Source: Harriotta raleighana
Taxonomy: Eukaryota
Direction of reading: 5' to 3'
NCBI GenBank assembly: GCA_050575255.1
Contig: JBNZDD010013370.1
Span: forward strand, 179,343-243,342
DNA length: 64,000 nt
This document shows, in pieces, positions 25,401 through 35,810 of the stretch (position 1 is the stretch's first letter; every line of letters begins with the position of its first letter). Under the pieces are notes generated by a model. The model saw only the letters and a list, made by a program, of their open reading frames with translations, had not been told where the DNA came from and searched no databases. The position numbers and the translations under genes are program-made.

Positions 25401-28400
25401 TAAAATAAAATATTACTGTGTACTTACAAGGCTTCATTGTGAGTCTGGCACTCGATGTAGCGCAACGCAGGAGATCACACGCGATGTAGCGCAACGCAGA
25501 TCACATGCGACATAGAGCAACGCAGGAGATCACGCGTGACGTAGCGCAACGCAGATCATGCGTGACGTAGCGCAACGCAGATCACACGTGACGTAGCGCA
25601 TTCTGAAGGCTGGAGAGTACTGTCCCGCCGAGCTCACAGCCTCACACAGTACCTGTACAGTACACACTCGCGTCTCGCCTCCATCCTGTTCCTGAACGCG
25701 TATCGTTGTCCCGTAAATGTTGAGAGCGGCGACCCCAGGTTTCTATCGCGCGTGGGGCAACTAAAGTATTTACATAGTAGTGTCGTAACTTCGAGAACTT
25801 GGATGTAACTCGGACGTAATTTTACTGATTTTAAGTTTCGTAACTTCAAATTGTTGTACCTCGAAACATTGTAACTAGAGGACTGCCTATATTCTGTATT
25901 GAGACATCTAGAAGAGGTGAGCAGCTGTATATCAAATGCAAGGAGTATTATTATTAATCTTAGTAAGTTGACAACCCTGAAGATGGCAGTAGAAGCCAAG
26001 TGTATTTATTTCAATAATAATGACTTGATTAAGATGTATTTCGAAGCTGGAAATATTTTAATATGGAACTTATCAAAATAAATTCCGCTGCGGAGACAAA
26101 GAGTTTGTTAATATCAATGAAAATCTGTGCGCGATACAACTCTGCAAACATTGAACCAGGAATGCAACCATGTTTACAAATAAAAATGGTTTCATATTGA
26201 CTGCTTTGATCTCTCTGCAGCCTTGAAAACTACTGTACAAATAGATGGAATAACAGTGCAACTGAAAAAAGGGGACATCACTAAAGAAACCGTGGATGTC
26301 ATAGTGAACTCTACCAATAATTCCTTGAACCTAAATTCTGGTAAGTTTTCAGAAATACTGACTGCAATCTGGTCTTTAAATTCTATTCACAATTAAAATA
26401 AATTTCCTTGTAGCTCACCTCTGGCCTCCAAATGATGTCCAAGAGCGTGTGGAGGTTTGGTCGGGTTTTGAATGCTCTCAAGCACCGTGACAGGAGTCTT
26501 TATGTGCAGAGAGGAGCTCGCCGCAATGTAAACTCACAGAAATATAATGATCGGCTCATCAAAGCCTGAGGATTTACTGCAAAGTTAAGTGACTGAGTAT
26601 TTTTAGGCCGCTAGGTGGGAAGCTAGGTGGGAAAGTAAGCTGTGAGGATGACACAAAGAGAATGCAAAGTGACAGGTTAAGTGAGAGGACAAGAAAGTGG
26701 CAGATGGAGTATAAAGTGTGGAAGTTATTCACCTAGGTAAAAAAGTAGATTCTTTTCTAGAGGGGGAGAGACTATGTAGTGTTAGTATTCTGAGGGATTT
26801 AGATGTCCTTGTAAACCAATCACAGAAAGTTAGTATGCAGGTGCAACAAGCAATTAGAAAGGCTAACAGCATGTTAGTATTCGATGCAAAGGGGTTAGAG
26901 TACAAGAATACAATTCCTTCAATTGTATAGGGCCTTGGTGAGACCAATACCTAGAATATTGTGTGCAGTTTTGATCTCCTTATCTAAGAANTTGAATTGG
27001 GAAGGCTGACAGGCAGTGCCTTGGCAGAGTCAAACATGGTTGTAATGGAGGCACATATGAGGGTTTTGGTGGCCCGAGGTTGTGAGGCAGTGGGGGAGTC
27101 GGGCAATGTTGTGGAGGTGGAGATAAGGCAGAGCAGATCAAGGCACGGATGTGGGTTGGGAAAGGACAGTTGAGGATCAAACACTGACTGATTTGGTGGG
27201 TTGGTGTGTGCATCCTTATATTCTGCCAGTGTCTGAGGTGTGGAGGTGTTGATGGGACCCAATCAGGAGGGCCTCAGTTTTTCTGACGGGCAACGGTAGA
27301 AAGTTAGCTCTCAGCCAGGATTTGTATGAGAGCCAATAATAATAATATGTAGAGAGATAAGAAACCCAGAAACTTACCAGCAGCCTCCCCCATGCTTTGC
27401 CACTCACTCTGACAGAATCCGGCTTTGGATCTGAAACATGAGTAGAGAACTGCCAAGTTTGTTATTGAGCAACACCTGCTGGATGGAGTGAGTTCATTTA
27501 ACGTGTAAAGTTTCTGATGTATTCCAGGTCTGTTTATGCAGTGAAGGAGTATAGCCCTGGCACGAAATCAGCAAAATAAACGTAGAAAACAACATGCCGG
27601 ATAACAAAGCCAATTAGAAACCAGGTTAACAGAGAAGTAGGTACAGTATTAAGTAAATTAATTAATATAAGGCATTAAAATAGCAATAAGTGTGGATGAA
27701 GTATGATGAGCTTGTAAGTCAGAAAACTAAGTATCCCCAGGAAAGGCAGTAAGGTGGAATGTATATGTGCAGTTATAGGTGTCGGCCTGGCTCAAGCTTC
27801 CCTATCAGTCCAAGGATAGGGGTTCAAATCCCACTTCAAGATTTTGAGTTCAGAGTAAAGGGCTGACGGGTGAGGTGCTTGTCCTTCAGATGAGATATTA
27901 AAACAAGCTCCTGTCTAGCTCTACAGATAGATATTAAAGATCCCGTAACACAATTGAGAAAGAAGAGTTTTTTCTTCTCTTTGTGGCTGTAGAATATTGC
28001 TCTGCACAAACTATAGATTCTCCTCTTCCGAGGCTCTGCCTTTGGCTGATTTCCTTGCTCAAGCAATTGTGGCATTGCTGCACGATGAGTAACCAATGCC
28101 ACAATTGAAACACCCATTAACGTATTTTGGACAGAAAGCAAGAGAATCACTTGCTTGATTCTCTTGCTTTCTGTCCAAAATATGTTAATGGGTGTGTCTG
28201 GACTTGGAGAAAATAGATAACAGAACAGGTCCCACACATTTAATGGAGTCATATGCTGGCCTAATTGTTTAATGTACAATTGAGTGAAAGATATCAAACT
28301 ATACACAATCAGATCATCTGGCATCTGTCTCATATGTTGCCATTCTAGTTACTTACCTTGCGATTTCTATTGCATTACCCTGCTGTTATCAGCCATTAAG

Positions 28401-29137
28401 CACAGGTGCAGCCTTGACTCTGTGGTAATCTTATTAATACCTTGTTATCTACAAATTTCACTATGCACGGTCTGGCTGTTGCAGTAAAATATATTTTAAA
28501 AGCACAATTCGATGAAATAATGTCCATAGATACACAGAAGTGGAGCAGAACCAAGGTTCAAGGAAGGAACGACCATTTGATCTTGTGCTTTCAGACCAAC
28601 CATCCTTTCTCTCTACAGCATCAAAATATTATTTTATACTCGTCTAGCATTGTATCTTAGCCTTGGTTCCCGTAACCTCTTCAAAAACAACGCGCAATTG
28701 TACAGCGTAAATTACACAGGGTAATATCCCAGAGCGCTTTAAATACACACAAAACCACACATATGCAAACCCACATATGCGAACACATGAAATTAGATGG
28801 AGCTTTAGATCTAGGCTACCCTGGTTGTCTGTAATATACAATGAATCATGTGAAGTGCTTGAGATGTATAGTTTTTCCTAAAAGGTATTGTACCAAATAC
28901 AGTTCAAGGAATTATTGCTATTAATTCAAAGGAAGCCGTCACTAGTTACGTTAACTCAGCAACATATGGACCAGTCATCAGCCACTGGTACCTGAATGAC
29001 AATCCTGGACCAATAGCAATGTTATGTGATACACTATTGACACCTTGTGTAAGTGAAGCAGACACAATAATACCTGGTTCCCTGAAGACATCTTGTTGAG
29101 ACGAATCGTCCAATGTTTCATAGTCAGACATGATCAT
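13276..29137 (-). CDS. Divergent SLC15A1/A2-like (PepT/POT family) oligopeptide transporter, 21 coding exons, 741 aa
   Basis: Minus-strand exons, all GT-AG and in phase: 29074-29137, 27378-27430, 23357-23438, 22816-22957, 22310-22396, 21617-21716, 20863-20953, 20393-20470, 20074-20156, 19714-19806, 19127-19294, 18460-18548, 18054-18135, 17611-17727, 17207-17377, 16542-16588, 16231-16365, 15633-15744, 15015-15146, 14140-14247, 13276-13467 (2226 nt). Motifs EFFEKCTYFGIRA, FGADQ, CYSLAFGIP, HWLDWA, QQGSRWTLQA, PDQMQ, WQIPQY, QAPSSMRS, plus the large TM9-10 extracellular domain typical of PepT1/2. The first two exons are less certain. Confidence 0.9.
14140..14247 (-). CDS. SLC15-like exon (APSSMRSVVMAAWVLTDGLGNLIV, TM11)
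   Basis: cacag/gtatg, 108 nt. Confidence 0.92.
14275..14810 (-). mobile_element. CR1 LINE 3' fragment
   Basis: KANGIL…LVKPHLEYSMQFGSPYLRKDI; CR1-type 3' end (gaatggcctactcctgctcct). Confidence 0.8.
15015..15146 (-). CDS. SLC15-like exon (WQIPQYLLISMSEILFSVTGL, TM10)
   Basis: tgcag/gtaac, 132 nt. Confidence 0.92.
15633..15744 (-). CDS. SLC15-like extracellular-domain exon (…DLKDGGVYTII…)
   Basis: ctcag/gtaag, 112 nt, in phase. Confidence 0.8.
16231..16365 (-). CDS. SLC15-like extracellular-domain exon
   Basis: tgcag/gtgag, 135 nt, open in phase 2-2. Confidence 0.75.
16542..16588 (-). CDS. SLC15-like extracellular-domain exon (ISGNTVSLLDNTALVR)
   Basis: ttcag/gtacg, 47 nt, phase 0-2. Confidence 0.7.
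17207..17377 (-). CDS. SLC15-like extracellular-domain exon
   Basis: ttctag/gtgag, 171 nt; overlaps ORF 17135..17350. Confidence 0.78.
17611..17727 (-). CDS. SLC15-like exon, start of extracellular domain (QRQLPLL…NPQT)
   Basis: ctcag/gtgag, 117 nt. Confidence 0.8.
18054..18135 (-). CDS. SLC15-like exon, TM9 (RMATGMVGLAISFIVAGIVQVQIQ)
   Basis: cccag/gtaca, 82 nt. Confidence 0.9.
18460..18548 (-). CDS. SLC15-like exon, TM8 (SLNFLLVLLLLPLFEGVIYP)
   Basis: tgtag/gtaag, 89 nt. Confidence 0.9.
19127..19294 (-). CDS. SLC15-like exon, TM7 (PMYWGLYEQQGSRWTLQA…PDQMQ)
   Basis: tacag/gtacc, 168 nt. Confidence 0.93.
19714..19806 (-). CDS. SLC15-like exon (SAIKNK…HWLDWADQQYQ)
   Basis: cgcag/gtggg, 93 nt. 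Confidence 0.88.
20074..20156 (-). CDS. SLC15-like exon (VIFILGTSKYKIYTPTGS)
   Basis: tttag/gtaag, 83 nt. Confidence 0.88.
20393..20470 (-). CDS. SLC15-like exon (EDIQCFGSGCYSLAFGIP)
   Basis: tacag/gtaag, 78 nt. Confidence 0.92.
20863..20953 (-). CDS. SLC15-like exon, TM5 (YFSLFYFVMNLATL…ITPILR)
   Basis: cacag/gtaag, 91 nt; PTR2_2-like motif. Confidence 0.92.
21617..21716 (-). CDS. SLC15-like exon, TM4 (IGLCLISVGSGGLRSSMSPFGADQ)
   Basis: gtcag/gtgag, 100 nt. Confidence 0.92.
22310..22396 (-). CDS. SLC15-like exon, TM3 (TILIMSVIYLIG)
   Basis: tacag/gtgag, 87 nt. Confidence 0.9.
22816..22957 (-). CDS. SLC15-like exon, TM2 (AILVIYF…LYHVF…LGAVLSDFCCGRYR)
   Basis: tccag/gtatt, 142 nt. Confidence 0.92.
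23357..23438 (-). CDS. SLC15-like exon, TM1 with ExxEK motif (AIFIVITEFFEKCTYFGIR)
   Basis: tgcag/gtaaa, 82 nt. Confidence 0.9.
23674..24339. mobile_element. Non-autonomous Tc1/mariner (Tigger/pogo-like) DNA transposon, MITE of 666 bp
   Basis: TIRs CAGGCAGTCCTC(A/T)AGTTACG at both ends, TA on each flank (23672-3, 24340-1); internal ~26-29 bp tandem repeats at 23904-24050. Confidence 0.85.
24500..24915 (-). mobile_element. L2-clade LINE fragment (continues at 26992-27330)
   Basis: TLHKLQIIQNSAAHVLSHT…PITP..QLHWLP. Confidence 0.75.
24917..25890. repeat. Second copy of 23367-24340 (partial TM1 exon plus MITE) after a single N; probable assembly artefact
   Basis: Offset 1550; identical until ~25840; 26992 onward repeats 24661-24915. 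Confidence 0.8.
26221..26340 (+). CDS. Isolated macrodomain exon, PARP14/PARP15/PARP9-like (LKTTVQIDGITVQLKKGDITKETVDVIVNSTNNSLNLNSG)
   Basis: ctgcag acceptor, gtaag donor, 120 nt, phase 1-1; GDIT…VDVIVNS…G is the macrodomain ADP-ribose-binding signature; no partner exons in the window. Confidence 0.75.
26610..26990 (+). mobile_element. CR1 LINE fragment
   Basis: RDLDVLV..S.KVSMQVQQAIRKANSML…LVRP.LEYCVQF. Confidence 0.75.
27378..27430 (-). CDS. Probable SLC15-like N-terminal exon (DPKPDSVRVSGKAWGRLL)
   Basis: ttcag/gtaag; phase 1-0 bridges the flanking exons exactly; no homology support. Confidence 0.55.
27780..27970 (+). mobile_element. Old Deu-domain SINE remnant (related copies ~21210-21370 +, ~58050-58300 -)
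   Basis: gaggtgc..gtccttcagatgagatattaaa…aaagatcccgtaacac…gaagag resembles the Deu domain as recalled. Confidence 0.55.
29074..29137 (-). CDS. Probable SLC15-like start-codon exon (MIMSDYETLDDSSQQDVFREP)
   Basis: Strong polypyrimidine acceptor at 29140, ATG, gtatt donor in phase 1. Confidence 0.5.
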
Positions 29138-31935
29138 CTCTGGAGCAATGGGCCAAACAAAATGGGAAGAAAGGGGAAAAAAGAGCAGTCAAAGACCAAA
29201 ACAATTATTTCTTCAATATTGTTTTTTCACGACAGCATAAAAAAATCATCATCTCATTAAAAAAAAGTCTGAGGTTACGAGAGAATGAAATAGAATGTGT
29301 CAGAGTGGAAACAAGGACACTCAGTCTGACTAATCTCTATCAGGTTTTATATTCCATATCACAGAAATCATCCTAATCCCTTTCCCACACTTCCGTGTGT
29401 CTTGTAGTTTTGTTGCCATGTTTCAGTCTGAGAGAGAAGAGATCAAACAGTATTCAGAAGTTTCACATTATAGCATGGAATTCCAAATTCTCTACCAAGT
29501 CAAGCAGCTGAACATGATCGACCAGAAGCAAATATTCGGAAGAACTAGACTGATCGTCCAGGGATGTGTAAGGATGCAAGTGTAAGAATTGTTAACAGTG
29601 TCTATCTGTATGTGTGTATCTATGTGTGTCTATGAGTGTGTGTATGTGAGTGTGGATGTATCTGAGTGTGTGTGGAAGCGTGGAGTATGTATATATGTGT
29701 GTGCTTCAAAGAAAGCATTTATACAACTGAGACGTCCAATGAGAATATGGTTCAAATGTAACACTCACTTTAGAAGTTCTGGCATTATATACTTCCACTT
29801 CTGTTTACCTGTCAATTACTAGGAACCCAGTTGTTAGTTGCGAATTGTTTTCCTGGGGAAAAAAAAATTATTTGGCCACTGAATCTACAACTGTTTGGGG
29901 GACGTTGCTGTGCGGCATTGGCGGACGTGTTTCGCCCATAGAATCCAGTCAATTCGCTTTGCAGTGTATTCTGTGAAGCACTTTAAGATGTCTCAACGAC
30001 GTGATATGGCACTATATCAAATACGAGGATTATTATTACTATATTATTATTTATAGCCAAGATTTCTGGCCAGGTTATTTAGTTTAACTGCAAAATAGAT
30101 TAACGTTGGTATTGTGGCTACAGAGAATGCTTAGCTGCAATGTTCTGATCATTTCCATGGTGCCAGAACAATTACAGAAAGTCATAGTAAAACAATGCAA
30201 GAATATTTCTTCAATAGCTTCATCACCAGAAGCTGGTTATTCTGGTCCAGGTAGAGCAATTGTCTTCAATAGTTTTTGAAACAAACTATTTTCAAGTTGT
30301 GAAATGTCTCCCATTGTTGAAGGGCGGTAACATATTACAGTAATACAGCAACTGTGACATTTGCTTCAACTATGGGAAGTACTGATTCTGGCTTTTCCTC
30401 TGCCTCACTTCTCATGTTCTGTTGATTGGTATTAATTACATCTTGGAAACAAATCGAGTCTAATCAGGTAGAGAGAGCAGATTATTAACAAGTTTATTTC
30501 TCCCTCATTTTAGCTTGGATGCAGCAATTAAATGTTTAATAAATTCCTGCTAAAATATAAAATGTAAGTTTCATCCAAAATGCAAGCTTTCAGGTAAAAC
30601 AGAGTCCATCCAGTACACAGTCTGACTCAATATGGTTATTAGCAATGAACAGGTTAGAGTTCAGTACATGTGGACATGTTTAATTGAGGTACAGTGTAAA
30701 TATATTTTTACTGTCTACTATGTATGGTATATATACTGTACTGTCTACTATATATAATGTCACATAATGGACCAAACAATGGATTCTAGCAATAGGCTTC
30801 TGTGTGATGTAAGTCACACACAGCTTCAATGGCAAAAATCATTGAATAGTCAGAGTTGCCAACAGATTTTTCAGCTAATGATCCTCTTGATGCTTGTTCA
30901 GCAATGTTGTTCCAAAAAATACAGTATCATTATGAATTTTTAAACAATTTTAAATGGTTCTGAATGAGATCACGCACACTTCAAGAGAGACACAGGACAC
31001 TCAGCAGTTTCTTTCTGCACAACATTTGTTCAGTAAAATTAAGAACGCGCTATTTTTCATTGTTTCCTAATCCTACCTGCGAAGATCCACTTCTACTGAA
31101 TTCAGCGATAATTTTCCTGTGACTGGACAAAAAGAATCATTCTGGTATCAGGTCATTGCAGAACTGTTTATCAACTGTAACATTTGTATATTAAATGAAT
31201 GGTCCTATATCCAACGCACGAAGTTATAGGTCCTTCCCACCCACATCATACTATAACATCAATTATTACCAACTGACAGATTATTTTTCAGTACATGAAA
31301 GATATCGGTTTCCAGTGATTCCATTAACAAAGAGTTGAATAGTAAAATATTGTTTGTTATTGCAGTAAAATACTCTGTATAAAACAGCAAAAATACTCAC
31401 AGAAATCAGATAGTCACAAATTAATGGTGTTTCCATTGCCAAAGGGGACGAAGCGAAAAGTCAGTTAAAGCTTAAAATGTACTTCAAACTAAAATACTGT
31501 ACCTGGCAGCTCTATGTTGACTCGCACAAATCTGAAATTTCAAAAATCTTTCGATACTTTTCAGTGTCTTCAATGATTTAAGCCAGTTTCTGTATCAAGT
31601 TGGAACTCAGCAACAATCAGCTTCACTTCACGGAACTGAGATGCAAATAATAAAAAACAAAATGACACTTGTATTAAATAGTGCCTTTCATGTCGGGAAG
31701 ACGTCCCAAGGCAAAACAAGTGCTCTTTCAGCAGAAAAGTTAGAAATGATTATCAGGGACAAGATTTCAACATCATACACATCATTACTCTCGTAAACAC
31801 TCTGCCCTCACCCATAATTATTAGCTGTTACTTAGGAATTTTGTACTCCCTCATTCTCCACTATCACAAATATTCTGTACTGTAAAATACATACTGTATA
31901 TAGTTACTGTAAAAATCAGATAACAGGTACATTTG

Positions 31936-32240
31936 GAGTCCTGTAGCTCAGTGGTTAGAGCACTCGCCTTGTAAGCAAGACTTGGGTTTGATTCCCAGCA
32001 AGCAAAACCTTAGACAAGTTTCCTTACTCCACATGCCTGATAATAATCCCTCAAGAAAAAAAACAACAATAAATTGGTCACTCAATTCATGATTGTTTGT
32101 GGGGACGCTGCTCTGCGCAATGGCTACCGTGTTTCGCCCACAAATATACAGTCAATTCACTTTACAATGTATTCTGTGATGCGCTTTGAGATGATGTGAA
32201 AAGCGCTATATCAAATGCAAGAATTATTGTATTATTATTA
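31936..32240 (+). mobile_element. Full-length tRNA-derived SINE with L2-like 3' tail and (TTA)n end; representative of many copies (e.g. 419-630, 4925-5085, 20665-20816, 29860-30050, 33825-34085, 34249-34500, 35040-35353, 46958-47130, 50155-50420, 54825-55120)
   Basis: ggagtcctgtagctcagtggttagagc…gggtttgattcc head; …gcgctatatcaaatgcaag(a)attatt tail. Confidence 0.85.
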
Positions 32241-32389
32241 TGTCTCGCTTTAAGAATTTCAAATAATATGAGTTGTATAATAAAAGCCTGAGGTATTTTC
32301 AGGCGGGTTTGAGAAAATGTGGTGATATTGTAACAATAACTACATCAACAGAAGTTTAAATGGTATGAATAAAATCACCTTTTAATATT

Positions 32390-33649
32390 TTAACAATTGC
32401 AATTGAAATAATAATTAGCACATTTTACAATCTGCATAAAAGCAAATATTGCTGCCAGTACAATGTAGCAGCTCAGGAGAGTCTGAACAGCAAAGATCGA
32501 TTCCGGATCACTAAAACGCCGATTTTGCTTGCCCTGGAATCCGATTGTCAGCCTGAATCCTGCTACTAACTGGCCCTGTCTCCAGCAGTAATAGATCCCT
32601 CTATCGTTCAGCTGTACAAACTTAAAAACAAGATGGTTGCCATGGTCAATATATACCCTGAGGCTGTTGTTTAACCCAACTATATAGTTCTCCCTATACA
32701 TGGGATTCCTTCCCTTGTCCCAGGCCACAGCTTGCTCAGGTCTGGCCTCTGGACAGCTGATGGATAGGGGTTGAGCTATTGAAACTACGTAAGATTGCAC
32801 AGGGACATTAGGAGTGTCAGATTTTTTGGAATTTGAAAAACCAAACACATCGTAGGTGAACTTCTCTCCTTCCTTCGGGGGTTTGACAGTTGGACACTGG
32901 ACGAAACAACTCCTGATTACGATCTCCGGTTTCCTGTTCCTCAAGAGGGACCTGTATCTTTGAGGGACAGAAGCAGAGCCACAGGAGACAATATTAGCCC
33001 CTAACTTTTTGTACCTAAAGTATAGGTAACGGCTCTGGAAGTGACACAGACCCACATGTTTCTGCTCCCCTCTAATGCCACATCGATCGCACATTGTCCA
33101 ATCCCAGAAAGAGGTAAAAATCTTGTACATTTTGGTTTCCACGTCTGGCTGAGGCTTCTCTTGCTTCTCTTCAAAGGTCAAGTGAACGTGTTTCAAGCCT
33201 TGTACGTCAATATCATAAGCGTAAAAATAATCTCCTTTTTGAGAGCCGCAGATGTAGTGTCCAGAATCCTGCGGCTCTGACCTGAAAACCAATAAACTGA
33301 ACATCATGATACTGAAGCGAGCGTCAATGCCCAGGCCAGACCGCAGCTGTGAGGAATCCAAAATCTTTGTACCGTTGAAATCGGTCAAAACCTTTGTCTG
33401 ACTGCGGCCGAGTTTCTTCTGATAATACCAGACAACAGATGACACATCCTTGGGTTTGCAGGAACATGGCAGCTCGAAGGTCATGTCCGCGAGGTACGCA
33501 GCATTCTGAAACATTAAGAAAGCGGGGCAGGCCTCGGTCTTAAAGATGTCACCTTTTTGTTCGATTACATATTCACTGCCATAGACCAGCTGTGTCCAAA
33601 TAAAGGGCAGGAAAGACCGGTTAAACTTTAACATTAATGTAATTAACAT
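32390..33649 (-). CDS. FAM187A: Ig-like V-type domain-containing protein FAM187A, single coding exon, 419 aa
   Basis: CPAFLMFQNAAYLADMTFELPC, KVLTDF, DSGHYICG, CDRCGIRGEQ, GIYYCW and a C-terminal TM segment; lies directly downstream of CCDC103 as in mammals. Confidence 0.93.
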   Translation of the reverse strand: MLITLMLKFNRSFLPFIWTQLVYGSEYVIEQKGDIFKTEACPAFLMFQNAAYLADMTFELPCSCKPKDVSSVVWYYQKKLGRSQTKVLTDFNGTKILDSSQLRSGLGIDARFSIMMFSLLVFRSEPQDSGHYICGSQKGDYFYAYDIDVQGLKHVHLTFEEKQEKPQPDVETKMYKIFTSFWDWTMCDRCGIRGEQKHVGLCHFQSRYLYFRYKKLGANIVSCGSASVPQRYRSLLRNRKPEIVIRSCFVQCPTVKPPKEGEKFTYDVFGFSNSKKSDTPNVPVQSYVVSIAQPLSISCPEARPEQAVAWDKGRNPMYRENYIVGLNNSLRVYIDHGNHLVFKFVQLNDRGIYYCWRQGQLVAGFRLTIGFQGKQNRRFSDPESIFAVQTLLSCYIVLAAIFAFMQIVKCANYYFNCNC

Positions 33650-35810
33650 TCAGGGAGAAACGCAGAGCAATACGAGCCTCTGTACCAACTGTAAAGCCCA
33701 AAGCTGTGAAATTCCAGGAGGATTGCCATCAGGTTCCAGAAGCCCCTGAGTACAGAGAACATTCCAGAATGTTTTATACCATCTACATTCTGTGGAGTTT
33801 AATAACGAGTCTCTCTTCTCCAATGGGACCTGAGTTCGAATCCAGGCAGATCAGGGTTTCCTTGCTCCACATACCTAATAATAATCCGTCCAAAAAAAGT
33901 ACAATAATAAAAATGGGTAATTTTCAGTCCACAACTGTTTGTGGAGACGCTGCTGTACACGGTTGACTACCCGTTTCGCCCACAAATGTTCAGTCAATTC
34001 ACTTTACAGTATATTCTGTGAAGCGCTTTGAGATGTCGATAGGATGTGGAAAGCGCTATATCAAATGCAAGGATTATTATTATTATCCAGTAATATGAAA
34101 ACATATGCAGCTTCTGTAGCCTCACCTTGTTAGCCAAATGCCTAAGTGTTATCAATCACTGTATTTATCTGATCAATTAATTGCAGTGAACTTTACTAAC
34201 CTATCATGAGCATTGTTTTCATTTGATGAAATATATGCCTTTGATATCAGGAGTCCGATAGCTCAGTAGTTAGAGCATTCGCCTCGCAAGCCATAGATCT
34301 GGGTTCAATTCCCCAACAGGACAAATCTTGGATAAGTTTCCTTACTCCAAACGGCCGATAATAATCCTTCAAAAAAAGTTCACTTCAATCCATGACTGTT
34401 TGTGGAACTCTGCTGTGCACAATTGTCTGCCACATTTCGTCCACAGATAGAAGGTCAATTCAATTTACAGTGAAGTGTTTTGAGACAATTAGAAACCATG
34501 ATAAAGGGGTCAGGACTCGAGCATGGGGGAGGGACGGGGTAAGGGTGAGGGAATTCAGAGAGGTGGGAGGGCATCTGAAGGCACGATCAAAAAGGAGGGT
34601 CTTGAGCCTGGCCTTGGGAGGGAGCAAGGAGGAGTGCCTGCGGCATCAAGTTCAAGAGTCGGGGGGGCAGAGAAGCTAAAAGCCCAGCCGCGGATGGTAG
34701 GGTGGGTCGGGTAGGAGACATGGAGCAGACCGGAGCCCGCTGAACGGAGGGAGTGGGCAGGGCAGGTTGACAAACGAGTACAGGATTGAGGTGGATGACT
34801 AGAACCACATTCTCCCTACAATCTTCTTGGTGAGCAACACTGTCGCATTGACTGCTGACTGGTGGCCTGGTGTGAGTCTAAGCTGTGAGACACAGAAAGC
34901 CACAGGTGAAAACCGGAACAGGAGCAAAGTGATCTTTAGTACCACTGGCCCCACTGAATCACATTGATACCGTCACCAGCAGGAATATGGAGGCATTGCA
35001 GAATTGTGCGTCAGTCTGCCGCATGTGGTAATACAATAGTAATAATCCTCATATTTGATATAGCGCTTTTCACGGCTTCTAGACTGTGTCTCAAAGCGCT
35101 CCATAGAATCAGTGCTTCACAGAATTTTCTGTAAAATGAATTGAATGTATATTTGTGGGCGAATCGCAGCAGCCAATTGTGCACAGCAGCGTTTCACAGT
35201 CGTGAATTGAAATGACCAATTTATTATTGGATTATTTTCTGAGGTATTAGCTGGCGTGTGGAGTAAGCAAACTTCCCATAGTTTCACCCTGCCTGGAAAT
35301 CAAACCCTTGTCTTTTACTTGCAAGATGAGTACTCTAACCTCTGAGCTACAGGACAAACCCCAGAAATAGGAAAATTAAACACTCTACACATTGGAATTA
35401 ATAGTAGTTTATTTGTAGAAAAACTGAACATTGTAGTACTGTATAAACAATATTGTTGGGGTAACCCAGTTGGTGAATTGAGAGCATGAAAGAACTATAT
35501 CCTGAACAGCAGAAAACATCTTTTGCACATATAATCACTCAGACTGAAAGGCCAATTTGTAATGTGTTCATTGTCACAGACGGAGGAAAATTCCAGATTT
35601 CTCTTGAACGATACCCTGGTGGCTATTTTCTGTGGAGGCATTTTCAGACTTTAATCCTTCATTCAGTTAGAGTAAGGCCTTTAAACATTGGATGCTCAGC
35701 AATATTGATGACCCCACTGCTTGCTGAATGTCAAATAAATACAGTAGTAACTTTCTTCTGGGACAAAACATGCAAAATTACATATTCTCAGATTGAATGG
35801 CTTTTTTAAA

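Noticed and set aside
31936-32010. tRNA-like sequences (also ~34250, 46960, 47441, 50155)
   Set aside because: They run directly into the SINE body and tail, so they are SINE heads and not tRNA genes.
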